Assembly (NCBI GenBank): GCA_041744215.1
Contig: JBGTLG010000005.1
Span: 1-64,000, forward strand
Length of the DNA stretch: 64,000 nt
DNA from: Fimbriimonadales bacterium
Lineage (GTDB): Bacteria > Armatimonadota > Fimbriimonadia > Fimbriimonadales > ATM1
Direction of reading: 5' to 3'
Position numbers and translations under genes: made by a program. The notes under the pieces were generated by a model that was not told the origin of the DNA, ran no database searches, and was given only the letters and a program-made list of their open reading frames with translations. Within the stretch, counting starts at the first letter, position 1; the number at the start of each line of letters is the position of its first letter. Below are positions 28,844 through 39,533 of this stretch, piece after piece.

Positions 28844-30979
28844 ATGAACCGCACCATGTTCGCCCTCATAACTGCACTTGCCTCCATAACCGCATTTGCC
28901 ATGATTGATCGCCTTACCTACCCTCAGACGCGGAAAGCCGATGTCGTCGACGACTACTTCGGAAATCCCGTTTCGGATCCCTATCGCTGGTTGGAGGATA
29001 CGGATTCCGCGGAGACCCGTGCTTGGATCGAAGCGCAAAACAAACTCACGTTTGGTTTTTTAGCAACAGTCCGCGAGCGCGAATCGATAAAAAAGCGGCT
29101 CACTAAGCTGTGGAACTATGAGCGATTCGGAATTCCGGCCAAAGAAGGTGGGCTGTACTTTTTCACGCGCAATAGTGGCCTCCAAAACCAAGCGGTGTTG
29201 TACGTTGCGAGTTCGCTTGACGCGGAACCACGGATTCTGCTTGACCCGAACACCCTGAGCAAAGACGGCACCATCGCTTTGGGATCCTGGTCGCCGAGCC
29301 CGGACGGGAAATACTTGGCTTACGCGACACAGAGTGGTGGATCAGATTGGCTAGAGTGGAAGATCCGCGACGTGGAGTCGGGTCTTGACCTCCCGGAGGA
29401 ACTCAAGTGGAGCAAGTTTTCTGGCGCTGCGTGGACGATGGATTCGAAGGGGTTCTTTTACTCGCGATATGAAGAGCCAAAGCCTGGCGAAGCACTTCTT
29501 GGAGTGAACTATCATCAAAAGCTTTACTACCACCAAGTCGGTAGTCCTCAGTCAGCTGACATCCTTGTTTACGAGCGGAAGGATGAGAAGGAGTGGGGTT
29601 TCGGAGGCTGGGCGACTGAAGACGGAGATTACTTGGTGATCTTTGTTTGGCGGGGAACTGATCCCAAGAACGGACTCTTTTACAGACGGCTTCGGGCCGG
29701 TGAATCGGAAGTAGTTGAATTGCTGCCGAACTTTGATGCGGAGTACTCCTACATTGCGAACGAAGGCACCACGTTCTTCATTCAGACCACGCTGGATGCC
29801 CCTAAGGGTCGAGTCATCGCAATCGACATCGAGAACCCAAGCCCGGAAAACTGGAAGGAAGTGATCCCTGAAGGGGCACATGCGCTCCAATACGTAACTC
29901 ATGTTGGTGGCAGGTTTATTGCGCACTATTTGCGGGACGCCACTTCGCTTGTGCGAGTTTTCGATATGACAGGGAAGCTTGAATCGACTCTCAAGCTGCC
30001 GGGGCTTGGATCCGCTGGTGGGTTCGGCGGGCGAGGGAAGGACACAGAGACGTTTTATTCTTTCTCAAGCTTTTCAACACCGAACACTGTTTTTAGGTAC
30101 GACTTTACAACGGGCAAGTCAATGACGTTTAGGGCGCCTAAAGTCGAGTTTCGTCCGACCGAGTACCAGTCGCGTCAAGTGTTTGTACCAAGCAAGGATG
30201 GCACGAAGGTGCCGATGTTTATCACCCACAAGCGAGGCATCGAACTTGACGGTACTCATCCCACAATTCTTTACGGATACGGCGGATTCTCGGTTAGTCT
30301 CACGCCTTGGTTTTCAGTCGCAAACCTTGTGTGGCTGGAGATGGGTGGCGTATTCGCAGTCGCTAACTTGCGAGGCGGCGCAGAGTACGGAGAAGAGTGG
30401 CACCAGGCGGGAATGCGCGAGAAGAAGCAAAACGTTTTCGATGACTTCATAGCTTGTGCTGAATGGCTTATCGAGAAGAGATACACGAACCCCGACGGCC
30501 TTGCTATCGAAGGAGGCAGCAATGGAGGGTTGCTCGTTGGCGCTGTTATCAATCAGCGCCCTGAACTGTTTGGTGCAGCCCTGCCGGCAGTTGGCGTTAT
30601 GGACATGCTGCGATACCACAAGTTCACTATAGGGTGGGCTTGGGTTCCCGAGTACGGCAGCTCAGAAAACGAGGATGATTTTCAGACACTGTTCGCATAT
30701 TCACCTCTGCACAACATTCGAAGTGGTGAGAAGTATCCAGCTGTTCTCGTCACGACCGGCGACCATGACGATCGGGTCGTGCCTGGACACAGCTTCAAAT
30801 ATGCAGCTGCGCTACAAGCGGCACAGGGCGGCGAATCTCCAATCCTGATCCGGATCGAAACGCGCGCTGGGCATGGGGCGGGCAAGCCGATGTCCATGGT
30901 CATCGACGAGGTCGCTGACAAGTACGCGTTCCTGACGAAAACGCTGCGAATGTCAATTCCCAGAGGCTTTGCCAAGTAG
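28844..30979 (+). CDS. Prolyl oligopeptidase (S9A)
   Basis: DPYRWLED, GGSNGG, DHDDRV, AGHGAGKP; signal peptide; AGGAG SD. Confidence 0.96.
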   Translation: MNRTMFALITALASITAFAMIDRLTYPQTRKADVVDDYFGNPVSDPYRWLEDTDSAETRAWIEAQNKLTFGFLATVRERESIKKRLTKLWNYERFGIPAKEGGLYFFTRNSGLQNQAVLYVASSLDAEPRILLDPNTLSKDGTIALGSWSPSPDGKYLAYATQSGGSDWLEWKIRDVESGLDLPEELKWSKFSGAAWTMDSKGFFYSRYEEPKPGEALLGVNYHQKLYYHQVGSPQSADILVYERKDEKEWGFGGWATEDGDYLVIFVWRGTDPKNGLFYRRLRAGESEVVELLPNFDAEYSYIANEGTTFFIQTTLDAPKGRVIAIDIENPSPENWKEVIPEGAHALQYVTHVGGRFIAHYLRDATSLVRVFDMTGKLESTLKLPGLGSAGGFGGRGKDTETFYSFSSFSTPNTVFRYDFTTGKSMTFRAPKVEFRPTEYQSRQVFVPSKDGTKVPMFITHKRGIELDGTHPTILYGYGGFSVSLTPWFSVANLVWLEMGGVFAVANLRGGAEYGEEWHQAGMREKKQNVFDDFIACAEWLIEKRYTNPDGLAIEGGSNGGLLVGAVINQRPELFGAALPAVGVMDMLRYHKFTIGWAWVPEYGSSENEDDFQTLFAYSPLHNIRSGEKYPAVLVTTGDHDDRVVPGHSFKYAAALQAAQGGESPILIRIETRAGHGAGKPMSMVIDEVADKYAFLTKTLRMSIPRGFAK

Positions 30980-30988
30980 AATAACCGG

Positions 30989-33514
30989 ATGCTTCCTTTC
31001 GTTGTTGCGCTGGTTATCCAGACACCGCCGCTGCTCCATCAAGCAGACTCGGCTACGCTCTACGACCCAATACGCCCGGTGAGCGAACTGTCGGCGAATC
31101 ACTTCGTATTGCAGTATTCGACATCGACACCGACCGAGACCATCGTGCAGGTCCGTGAAGGCAACAAGCTTTCGTTTCAGGAGCAAGCTGACGTATGGGC
31201 CGGAGCGCGCGAGATCCGCAGGAGCGAAACGACGAACTTCCATCAGATACGCATTGAAGGGTTGACTCCGGGTACGAGATACTTTTACAGAGTGTATGAC
31301 CCCGGTGCAACACCGACCGCGCTGGAGCGATCTTGGGGTGCGGCCCCACCATGGAGAAGAGAGTACGCCGTAGCGACTCTTGCGCCCGCAGGTCGAAAGA
31401 CGATCGTGAGGATTCCCGTCAAGGTGCTGTTGATGACAAACGCGGTGAATGTCGAATCTGCACACAGCGATACCGGCATGATTGGAGAACTTCCTGCGAA
31501 AATGAAACCCGAAGAGATCGAGATGATGAAGCAGGAGATGGAGAAGGCGGCTCTCTTCTTTTGGGTCAACAGCGGAATGCGCCTTTGGATCGATTTCGAG
31601 TACTTCGTCGACGATCGGTGGCAGCGCTGGGGTAGTGAGCCGGAGAATGCGCACACCTTCCATCGCGGATGGCCAGTCTCTCGGGGATACGCAGGCGTGG
31701 ACTTCGCTGGCCCAGGTGGTGGGGCATTCAACATTGTTGACACCAAAGATCCGCTCCGCGCTAACAAAGATCCATTGCAGGAGAAAGATCTGTATGCGGG
31801 TCAGATCGAGATAACGTTTGTTCGCAGATGGGACGCTAGTGCGAAGAAGTGGGTCTACTACAACTCGGGCGGCGGGACGTTCGGGATCGACAACTTTCCG
31901 CGAGGGTTCCCTGCTAGAAGTCAATACTTGGGCGGGGGCGACGATGCATGGCTGACGTGCCACGAGTTCCACCATCAACTCGAAAGCTACAGCGCATTTG
32001 CGCTCTCTTTTCGCGAAGACGACCGCATTGTTTTCAATCACTACGAGCCGAGACGGCGAGTTGCACGACCGGATGGCGGCTTTGATGAGACGGCATGGTC
32101 TACAAGTGGCAGGCATGGCGAACATTGGGATGGAATGGCGTTCTGGGACCGAACTCTTACCGACATTCAGTGGCTGCGGCTCTGTTTCGGAGAGGCGATA
32201 ACGGTTGCCGATCGGGATGGAGATGGCTTTCCGGACGACGATTCGCGATTGCCACTCGATGAGCGGCGATTTGGGTCTGATCCAACGAACCCAACAACGG
32301 ATGGTCAAATGACTGACCTTCAGAAAGTCATGCTCAGCACCTGGTCGCCAAATCCGCTTCAATCAAGCTGGGTAAAGGGGAATCCTCAATACTTCAAGTT
32401 TGATCCACGAGCGAAAGATTCAGACGGAGACGGGTTGAATGATCTTGTAGACCCTTATCCGCTCTTTCCATACACTCCGCTCATCATCGCAATGACGCCA
32501 GAAGTAGATGGAATTGGAACTGAGTGGGAACACGCGCCGCTATCGGGCGCAATCAAGGCGGGCGGGATCGATCTCGAATACAAGCAGTCGCACGACGATC
32601 ACGCTTGGTACGGTTTTATCCGCATTTTAGGAAACTGGCGCAACATCGAGCTTGTACTTGATGGCGAAGGATTGGGATTGTTTTCGCGAAACGGTGTGGT
32701 TGGGCTGCGCATCAATAAGACTGCATCCGGCGCGGAAGTTGTACGATTGTGGGAAGAGGTTAAGGGACTGACGTGGGCTGCCAAAAGTGATGGCGATGCG
32801 ATCACTATCGAGATGAGCCTTTCGAATCGCGGAGATAGTGTTTGGTTTTGGAACCGCGGAGGACGCGAGATAGGAACGCAGTTAAACGTGTACGAGCCCA
32901 GCGGACGCGCCTATGCAATGTACGAGACGTATCGGTTCTTCTACGCGAGGATGGTCGGCCCTTACGGGAAACCCCCGCTTCCGTCCGGCGCGCCGGCAGA
33001 GTTAAGTGCCTCAGACGCTGTAGTGCTGCTTCCAAATGATGAGCGAGTTCGCTTTCAGGGGGCCGGTTGGAGTTCCATTGGCGGTGCACTCGTTCACAAT
33101 GGTGGAGACGAAGCCGCGGCATACATCGATGGCTTGCAAACTAAGGAGTTCGATCTTTGGATTGATATCGAAGCGCGCCAAGATGGCATTCTTGGGGCCT
33201 TCCTGCCTGCGACTGAAGGCATGACTGCGGGCAAAGACTACATCGTGTTCGTCGGTGGATATGGGAACACAGTGACACGCTTCCGTCTTTTCGGTGCGGA
33301 ACAGTCAGACGCGGAGGTCATGATGAGGCCTGGCGCACGGACTCGGTTGCAGCTTTCGCGTCGTGCGAACGGAATATGGCTGCTCGTCGACGGTAAGCCT
33401 GTGATGTTTGCAACTGATCCCAACCCTGATGCAATCGTGGATCGGCTAGCGGTCATCGGTGGGTACAACGGCGATCAAAAGGTGTACGAGATTCGTTACC
33501 GGGTAGGAGGTTGA
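30989..33514 (+). CDS. Large secreted multidomain protein, possible zinc metallopeptidase
   Basis: 841 aa; signal peptide, FN3-like GLTPGTRYFYRV, HEFHH (HExxH), DRDGDGFPD/DSDGDGLND Ca-binding-like repeats. Confidence 0.6.
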   Translation: MLPFVVALVIQTPPLLHQADSATLYDPIRPVSELSANHFVLQYSTSTPTETIVQVREGNKLSFQEQADVWAGAREIRRSETTNFHQIRIEGLTPGTRYFYRVYDPGATPTALERSWGAAPPWRREYAVATLAPAGRKTIVRIPVKVLLMTNAVNVESAHSDTGMIGELPAKMKPEEIEMMKQEMEKAALFFWVNSGMRLWIDFEYFVDDRWQRWGSEPENAHTFHRGWPVSRGYAGVDFAGPGGGAFNIVDTKDPLRANKDPLQEKDLYAGQIEITFVRRWDASAKKWVYYNSGGGTFGIDNFPRGFPARSQYLGGGDDAWLTCHEFHHQLESYSAFALSFREDDRIVFNHYEPRRRVARPDGGFDETAWSTSGRHGEHWDGMAFWDRTLTDIQWLRLCFGEAITVADRDGDGFPDDDSRLPLDERRFGSDPTNPTTDGQMTDLQKVMLSTWSPNPLQSSWVKGNPQYFKFDPRAKDSDGDGLNDLVDPYPLFPYTPLIIAMTPEVDGIGTEWEHAPLSGAIKAGGIDLEYKQSHDDHAWYGFIRILGNWRNIELVLDGEGLGLFSRNGVVGLRINKTASGAEVVRLWEEVKGLTWAAKSDGDAITIEMSLSNRGDSVWFWNRGGREIGTQLNVYEPSGRAYAMYETYRFFYARMVGPYGKPPLPSGAPAELSASDAVVLLPNDERVRFQGAGWSSIGGALVHNGGDEAAAYIDGLQTKEFDLWIDIEARQDGILGAFLPATEGMTAGKDYIVFVGGYGNTVTRFRLFGAEQSDAEVMMRPGARTRLQLSRRANGIWLLVDGKPVMFATDPNPDAIVDRLAVIGGYNGDQKVYEIRYRVGG

Positions 33515-33536
33515 ATCAGTGCGACAATCGTTGGGA

Positions 33537-34064
33537 ATGAGTTCCGAAGCAGTTCAAAAGAAGACGGGAAGGACGTGGGAGCAGTGGATAAGCACATTAG
33601 ATAGGGACGGCTGCAGCGAAACGCCGCACAAGGAAATCGCCGAATACCTTGCCAACAAGTATCAACTCGGAGCCTGGTGGTCCCAAACCGTCGCAATTGG
33701 TTATGAGCGTGCGCACGGAAGGCGAACCGTCAACCAGAAGAGCTCCGGTGATTATGCCGTGTCTGTGACGAAGACATTTCCGGTTTCAATAGATAGGCTT
33801 TATCTGGCGTGGAACGACGACAGAGAACGGTCGAAATGGCTTGGCGACGAAACCCCGAAGGTCACGTCCCGAGCAGAGTGCAAATCCCTCCGGATGAAAT
33901 GGACGGACGACAAGTCGGCTGTGAGTGTTAGGTTCACAGACAAGGGACCTGGTAAGTCTTCCGTGACTGTTCAGCACGAGAAGTTATCCCGAAAAGGGCA
34001 GGTTGATGGAATGAGGAAGTACTGGAGTGGGGCACTTGACAGGCTTGCGCAAGGTATCCTTTAA
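33537..34064 (+). CDS. DUF4287-like N-terminus plus SRPBCC/Aha1-like domain
   Basis: AVQKKTGRTWEQW, WWSQTVAIGYE, VTVQHEKL, MRKYW. Confidence 0.7.
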   Translation: MSSEAVQKKTGRTWEQWISTLDRDGCSETPHKEIAEYLANKYQLGAWWSQTVAIGYERAHGRRTVNQKSSGDYAVSVTKTFPVSIDRLYLAWNDDRERSKWLGDETPKVTSRAECKSLRMKWTDDKSAVSVRFTDKGPGKSSVTVQHEKLSRKGQVDGMRKYWSGALDRLAQGIL

Positions 34065-34069
34065 GCCTC

Positions 34070-35893
34070 TTGACCTCTCACATTAGGAACATCGGAATCA
34101 TCGCTCACGTCGACCATGGCAAAACAACCTTGGTTGACGCGATCTTTCGTCAGGCCGGCTTGTTCCGAGCAAATCAGACGATGGTCGATCGAGTTATGGA
34201 TCGCAATGACTTAGAGCGCGAGAAAGGGATTACCATTCTCAGCAAAGTCGCGAGTGTTCACTACAAGGAATACAAAATCAACATTGTGGACACGCCGGGA
34301 CACGCCGATTTTGGCGGCGAAGTTGAACGAGTGCTGTCGATGGTAGACGGTGTGCTGTTAGTCGTCGACGCATGCGAGGGCCCCATGCCACAAACGAGGT
34401 TTGTCCTCAAGAAGGCTTTTGAAAACAGATTAACGCCGATCGTCTGCATAAACAAGATCGATCGCGAGGGTGCGCGGCCGCTCGAAGCTTATGACAAAAC
34501 GCTCGACCTGTTCATCGATCTCGGCGCAAATGAAGAGGACTTGTTTTTTCCTCATCTTTACACTAGCGGAGCGTCTGGATTTGCTCGCATGCATCCGGGT
34601 GGCGGTGAGCAAGACATGCGCGAGTTGTTCGAGATGATCGTCAACGCCGTTCCGCCGCCGAAAAGCGCGGAGGGACCTTTCCTGTTACAAGTAAACAATC
34701 TTGATTATTCTGATTATCTGGGCAGAATCTTTGGCGGGAAAGCATTGCGTGGCAAAGTGAAAGCCGGAGACCGGCTCGTCCAATCCCGCGAGGGAACTCG
34801 GACACCATTCACTGCAACAAAAGTTTGGGTTTATGAAGGCCTGTCGCTGAAAGAAGTCGACGAAGCCCACGTTGGAGAGATTGTGATGATTTCTGGGCTC
34901 GATGACGTTTTGGTCAGCGACACGATTGCTGACGCCGTGCAGCCCGAGGAGTTGATTCCAATACGGATCGAGCCGCCGACTCTAAGCATGGAGTTCTATG
35001 CGAACCAATCGCCTCTTGCCGGCAAAGACGGTGGAAAGTTTCTGACGATACAGAAGATCCGTGAGCGACTGGAAAAGGAGCAGAGTATCAACGTCGCGAT
35101 GAGAATCGATCCTGACGCGCCGATGGATACCGTAAAGGTGTTTGCGCGTGGAGAGCTGCAGCTTGCCGTTTTGATTGAGACGATGCGCAGAGAAGGGTAC
35201 GAGATGGCGTTGAGCCGACCTCGGGTCATATTGAAAAAGGGAGATTCGGGCGAGACTTTAGAGCCGATCGAGACGGTCACTCTCGAGTTTCCTGAGGAAT
35301 CGATGGGGCCGGTTATGGAGGAGATGAGCCGACGCAGAGGCGAGCTGCGCAGCATGACGAAGGACGAGCGCGGCCGATTGCAAATCGAGTATTCAATTCC
35401 GACTCGGGGATTAATCGGGTTTCGATCCAACTACCTAACGATCACCCGTGGCCTCGGAATCCTTGCGCAGCTTTTTGACGGATACTATCCGTATCGCGGT
35501 GACGTCGATGCGCGCACGCGCGGCTCCTTGATTGCAAAAGACCCTGGCAAGATAACTCGCTACGCATATGAGGACATTCAAGAGCGCGGACAACTGTTCC
35601 ATGAGGTCGGAACAGAAGTGTATGGTGGCATGATCGTAGGCGAATGCTCGCGAGATGAAGATATGGTCGTGAACATCACGAAGACGAAAGCGGCCAACAA
35701 CATACGATCGTCCACTTCCGAGGCGACGACGGCACTTGATCCGTATCGGGACTTTTCTTTGGAGGAATCACTGTCATGGCTGCGGGATGACGAGTTGTTA
35801 GAAGTGACGCCAAAGATGCTTCGGTTTAGGAAGCATGTGCTCGATCATAGTCAGCGCCGAGTGAGCGAACGAAAAGCCGAAACCGTCGCTTAG
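34070..35893 (+). CDS. typA: Translational GTPase TypA/BipA
   Basis: [50 protein letters not shown]. Confidence 0.97.
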   Translation: MTSHIRNIGIIAHVDHGKTTLVDAIFRQAGLFRANQTMVDRVMDRNDLEREKGITILSKVASVHYKEYKINIVDTPGHADFGGEVERVLSMVDGVLLVVDACEGPMPQTRFVLKKAFENRLTPIVCINKIDREGARPLEAYDKTLDLFIDLGANEEDLFFPHLYTSGASGFARMHPGGGEQDMRELFEMIVNAVPPPKSAEGPFLLQVNNLDYSDYLGRIFGGKALRGKVKAGDRLVQSREGTRTPFTATKVWVYEGLSLKEVDEAHVGEIVMISGLDDVLVSDTIADAVQPEELIPIRIEPPTLSMEFYANQSPLAGKDGGKFLTIQKIRERLEKEQSINVAMRIDPDAPMDTVKVFARGELQLAVLIETMRREGYEMALSRPRVILKKGDSGETLEPIETVTLEFPEESMGPVMEEMSRRRGELRSMTKDERGRLQIEYSIPTRGLIGFRSNYLTITRGLGILAQLFDGYYPYRGDVDARTRGSLIAKDPGKITRYAYEDIQERGQLFHEVGTEVYGGMIVGECSRDEDMVVNITKTKAANNIRSSTSEATTALDPYRDFSLEESLSWLRDDELLEVTPKMLRFRKHVLDHSQRRVSERKAETVA

Positions 35894-38800
35894 CCGGCTA
35901 CTGAATTGCCCGCCTCGGCGATAAGACCAGGTCGGCGTTGAACAATGACAAAGCACTGAGATAGCGAGCGGCGAAGTTGCTGCACCCATGCACCGTCGCT
36001 AACCCTTTCGAGCAGGTGATAAGCTTTGATGGCTTTGGGATGACCATTTCCGTTCATCTGTGCAACTTCGAGTGTGATTGCAAAGTCACCGGGATTGTCC
36101 TTTACCAGATTCCGAACGATGGCAAGCTCGTCACGTGTAGCCTTCAGGAGTTTGACGCTGATCACGCCCTGTAGAGTGAAATCGTCTTGCGAGATGGGCT
36201 TTTCAGCGTTTCCGGTATCGAGTTCGTCAACTTCAAATGCAGCGATGCCGACCATTCGCTGGCCGGTGCGTAGTTCACGCTGTTTTACTTTTCCTCGGAC
36301 TACAATGAGGCGGTCTTTTGCGAGGATCGGCTTATACGTTTGATATGACTTGCCGTAGACAGCGACGTCGCATTGCCCCGTCAGATCCTCGAGCGTTAGG
36401 ATTGCCATCGGCTCTTTACTTTCGCCGACAGTCTTGTTTTGGACGCGAGCAATAACACCTGCGAGCGAAACGCGTTCACCATCGGCGAGCTCTTGAATGA
36501 GAGCGGCGGTGTGCGATGCCGACGCCATCACTTCTCGCTCGTGACCCCGAAGAGGATGATCGCTCACGTAGAGCCCGAGGACTTCCTTTTCCATCGAAAG
36601 CGCTTCCTGACGTGTGGGCAGTGCAACGTCAGGCAGAATCGGATAGTGTCGCCCATTTGCGTCTGCGTCTTCGGCTTCAGCAAACAATGCCGCTTGCCCG
36701 GCCTCTCGTTCACGCGCCTGCTTATCTGCGTAGGCGAGCGCAGTGTCCACTACGGAGAGTAGTTTGTTCCGGTTCGAGTCAATCGAGTCGAGCGCTCCGG
36801 CTTTTATGAGCGCATCCAATCCAGTTCGGTTCAATCCCCCCTGCGCCTTGACACGGGAAGCGACATCGAAAAGGTGGGTAAAACCGCTTCCATCTTCACT
36901 GCGCGCATTCAGGATTGACTGAATCGCGGAGTCTCCGATTCCTTTTATTGCTCCAAGCCCAAATCGAATCTTGCCCTCCTCTATTGTAAAGTCGACAGCG
37001 GAACGATTGATATCAGGAGGAAGCACCTGAATCCCCATACGTCTGCACTCTTCGACAAGTCCAACGACGCGATCTTCCTTTCCGCGAAACGCCCCGAGTA
37101 GCGCGGCCATGTATTCGACGGGGTAGTTCGCCTTAAGGTAAGCGGTTTGATAAGCGATCAGCGCATAACAGACCGCGTGTGCTTTATTGAATGCGTAGCC
37201 TGCAAACGGCTCAAGCAGAGCCCAGATCTTCTTGCACGCGGCTGCGTCGATTCCATTCTTCGCTGCCCCTTCCACAAACTCTCTTTCCATTGAGGCCAGA
37301 AGTTGTTTGTCCTTCTTGCCCATTGCGCGGCGGAGGATATCCGCTTTCCCGAGGCTGAATCCAGCTAGTGCGCGCACGAGCATCAGCACTTGGTCTTGGT
37401 ACACGATCACTCCGTGCGTCTCTTCTAAGATCGGCTCCATTAATGGGTGCAGGTAGCTGGGTTTGGTTCGTTTATGTTTTCCCGCGGCGTACGTGGCAAT
37501 GTGTTCCATTGGCCCAGGCCGATATAGCGCGACAAGCGCGGTAATGTCTTGAATAGAGTCAGGCTTTAGCTGCGCGACCGCTCTGCGCATTCCCTCAGAT
37601 TCAAGCTGGAATACACCGGCAGTCTCCCCTCGTCCGAGCATCTCATACGTCCGCTCGTCGTCAAGCGGCATCGTCTTTACGTCGATATCTCCCTTCCCGC
37701 TGTCGCGAATGTTTCGCGTCGCGTTCGCAAGCACCGTGAGGTTGCTCAATCCCAGAAAGTCCATTTTCAGGAGGCCAATCTTTTCCAAGTCACCCATCGG
37801 GAACTGAGTGATGATCTGGTCGCCAGACCCTCTCGCGAGGGGAACGCGCTCACGTAGTGGCTCCTTAGAAATCACGATTCCGGCGGCGTGGACTCCGGCG
37901 TGTCGGGCGATCCCCTCAATTCGCTTTGCAGTCTCGATTAAGTTGCTGGCTGTGGGGTCGTTCGTGTGTGCACTTCTAAGCTCAGCCGATGCTTCGAGTG
38001 CTTGCTCGAGAGTTATTCCGACTGGCAAGCTCGGCACCATCTTGCAGAGGCGGTCAACCTCAACCGGCGCGAGCGCCAACGCGCGGCCCGCGTCTCGGAG
38101 CGCTGCCTTCGCACCCATCGTTCCGAACGTTATGATCTGCGCGACATGGTCGTCGCCAAAACGAGCCTTGACATAGTCAATCACTTCGTCGCGCCGCGCG
38201 TCCTCGAAGTCCATATCGATGTCCGGCATCTGGATGCGCTCCGGATTGAGAAACCTCTCAAACGTCAGGCCGTAGTGCAAAGGATCTACGTCGGTGATTC
38301 CGATACAGTAGGTTACAAGCGATCCCGCCGCTGAACCTCTAACTCCAAAAAAGATTCCCTTGTCTCTTGAGAACTGGGCGAACTCCCTTACCAAAAGGAA
38401 GTACTTTGCGAAACCGGTTTGCTTGATCACGTCGAGTTCATAAGCGAGTCGCTCGCGTGCAGCAGTTAGATCGCCAGGAATCAGTTCCGGCAGGGACTTC
38501 TCACTCAGTTCTGCGAGGTAGTCGTCTGGCGAAACGTTTGAGGGGATCAGCGGATCAGGCAACTCGGCGCGTTCTTCACCCAGATCAACGTTGCACCTTT
38601 CTGCAACCATCAGAGTGTTTTCGATCGCATCGGGAGTTTCGTGAAACAGCTCCTCCATTTCCTCTCGCGATTTCAAGTAGAACTCTTCTGTTTCAAATCG
38701 CATTCGGTCTCGGTCTGCAACCTTCGAGTTGGTCTGTATGCAGAGGAGTACGTCGTGCGCTTGGTGGTCCGTTTTGCAAAGGTAGTGCGCATCGTTAGTG

Positions 38801-39411
38801 CAGATGAGGGGCAATTGGAGTTTGGATGCGATCTCTAACAACCCGCCACGAATGGCAGCTTGCTCTTTCAATCGGTGATCTTGCAGCTCAACGAAGTAGT
38901 TTTCCGGACCGAAGATGTCCTTGTACATCGCTGCAGTATCGAGCGCCCGCGAAAAGTCTCCGGCAAGGAGATACTGATTGACTTCACTTCCCAAGCAAGT
39001 CGTCGAGCTGATCAACCCCTCTGCGTATTCTCGTAGCGCCGTGTGATCGACGCGGGGATAGTGATAGAAACCCTCGAGGCTTGCCAAGGTAGAAAGCTTG
39101 CAAAGGTTGAGGTAGCCCGTGCGATTTCGTGCTAACAGCAGCAGGTGATACGAATTGCCCTCTTTTCGCCCGGTGCGAACGTGTCGACCCTGCGGTGCAA
39201 CATACGCTTCCATACCGATGATCGGCTTCACACCCTGTTTCTTGCACTCGGCATAAAACTCCATCACTCCATACATGGCTCCGTGATCGGTGATCGCCAC
39301 CGCTGGCATCCCCAATTCTTTTGCTCGGGAGACCATCTGCGGAATGCGCTGGGCTCCGTCGAGAAGGGAGTATTCGGTGTGGTTGTGGAGGTGGACGAAT
39401 GGCTTGCTCAT
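35890..39411 (-). CDS. dnaE: DNA polymerase III alpha subunit
   Basis: FVHLHNHTEYSLLDG PHP, RGSAAGSLV, FERFLNPER, PDIDMDF, YAFNKAHA; start set at MSKPF. Confidence 0.98.
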   Translation of the reverse strand: MSKPFVHLHNHTEYSLLDGAQRIPQMVSRAKELGMPAVAITDHGAMYGVMEFYAECKKQGVKPIIGMEAYVAPQGRHVRTGRKEGNSYHLLLLARNRTGYLNLCKLSTLASLEGFYHYPRVDHTALREYAEGLISSTTCLGSEVNQYLLAGDFSRALDTAAMYKDIFGPENYFVELQDHRLKEQAAIRGGLLEIASKLQLPLICTNDAHYLCKTDHQAHDVLLCIQTNSKVADRDRMRFETEEFYLKSREEMEELFHETPDAIENTLMVAERCNVDLGEERAELPDPLIPSNVSPDDYLAELSEKSLPELIPGDLTAARERLAYELDVIKQTGFAKYFLLVREFAQFSRDKGIFFGVRGSAAGSLVTYCIGITDVDPLHYGLTFERFLNPERIQMPDIDMDFEDARRDEVIDYVKARFGDDHVAQIITFGTMGAKAALRDAGRALALAPVEVDRLCKMVPSLPVGITLEQALEASAELRSAHTNDPTASNLIETAKRIEGIARHAGVHAAGIVISKEPLRERVPLARGSGDQIITQFPMGDLEKIGLLKMDFLGLSNLTVLANATRNIRDSGKGDIDVKTMPLDDERTYEMLGRGETAGVFQLESEGMRRAVAQLKPDSIQDITALVALYRPGPMEHIATYAAGKHKRTKPSYLHPLMEPILEETHGVIVYQDQVLMLVRALAGFSLGKADILRRAMGKKDKQLLASMEREFVEGAAKNGIDAAACKKIWALLEPFAGYAFNKAHAVCYALIAYQTAYLKANYPVEYMAALLGAFRGKEDRVVGLVEECRRMGIQVLPPDINRSAVDFTIEEGKIRFGLGAIKGIGDSAIQSILNARSEDGSGFTHLFDVASRVKAQGGLNRTGLDALIKAGALDSIDSNRNKLLSVVDTALAYADKQAREREAGQAALFAEAEDADANGRHYPILPDVALPTRQEALSMEKEVLGLYVSDHPLRGHEREVMASASHTAALIQELADGERVSLAGVIARVQNKTVGESKEPMAILTLEDLTGQCDVAVYGKSYQTYKPILAKDRLIVVRGKVKQRELRTGQRMVGIAAFEVDELDTGNAEKPISQDDFTLQGVISVKLLKATRDELAIVRNLVKDNPGDFAITLEVAQMNGNGHPKAIKAYHLLERVSDGAWVQQLRRSLSQCFVIVQRRPGLIAEAGNSVAG

Positions 39412-39533
39412 GGGGCTCGACTGATCAGTATGGCGCGACAAAGTCCCCCAGGAGTGAAGCCTCCTGTGGCATGTCCTTAGCGGCAAAGATTTAGACGAGA
39501 TGCGGCGGCAGAGAGGTGCGAGATTAACGGTTT

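Noticed and set aside
30953-32362. Long antisense ORFs (469 aa here; also 662-1588, 3304-4161) and off-frame 48522-49454
   Set aside because: Shadow frames of better-supported genes in GC-rich DNA; no motifs
35890-39411. Intein or split in dnaE
   Set aside because: Normal length (~1173 aa) with continuous motifs
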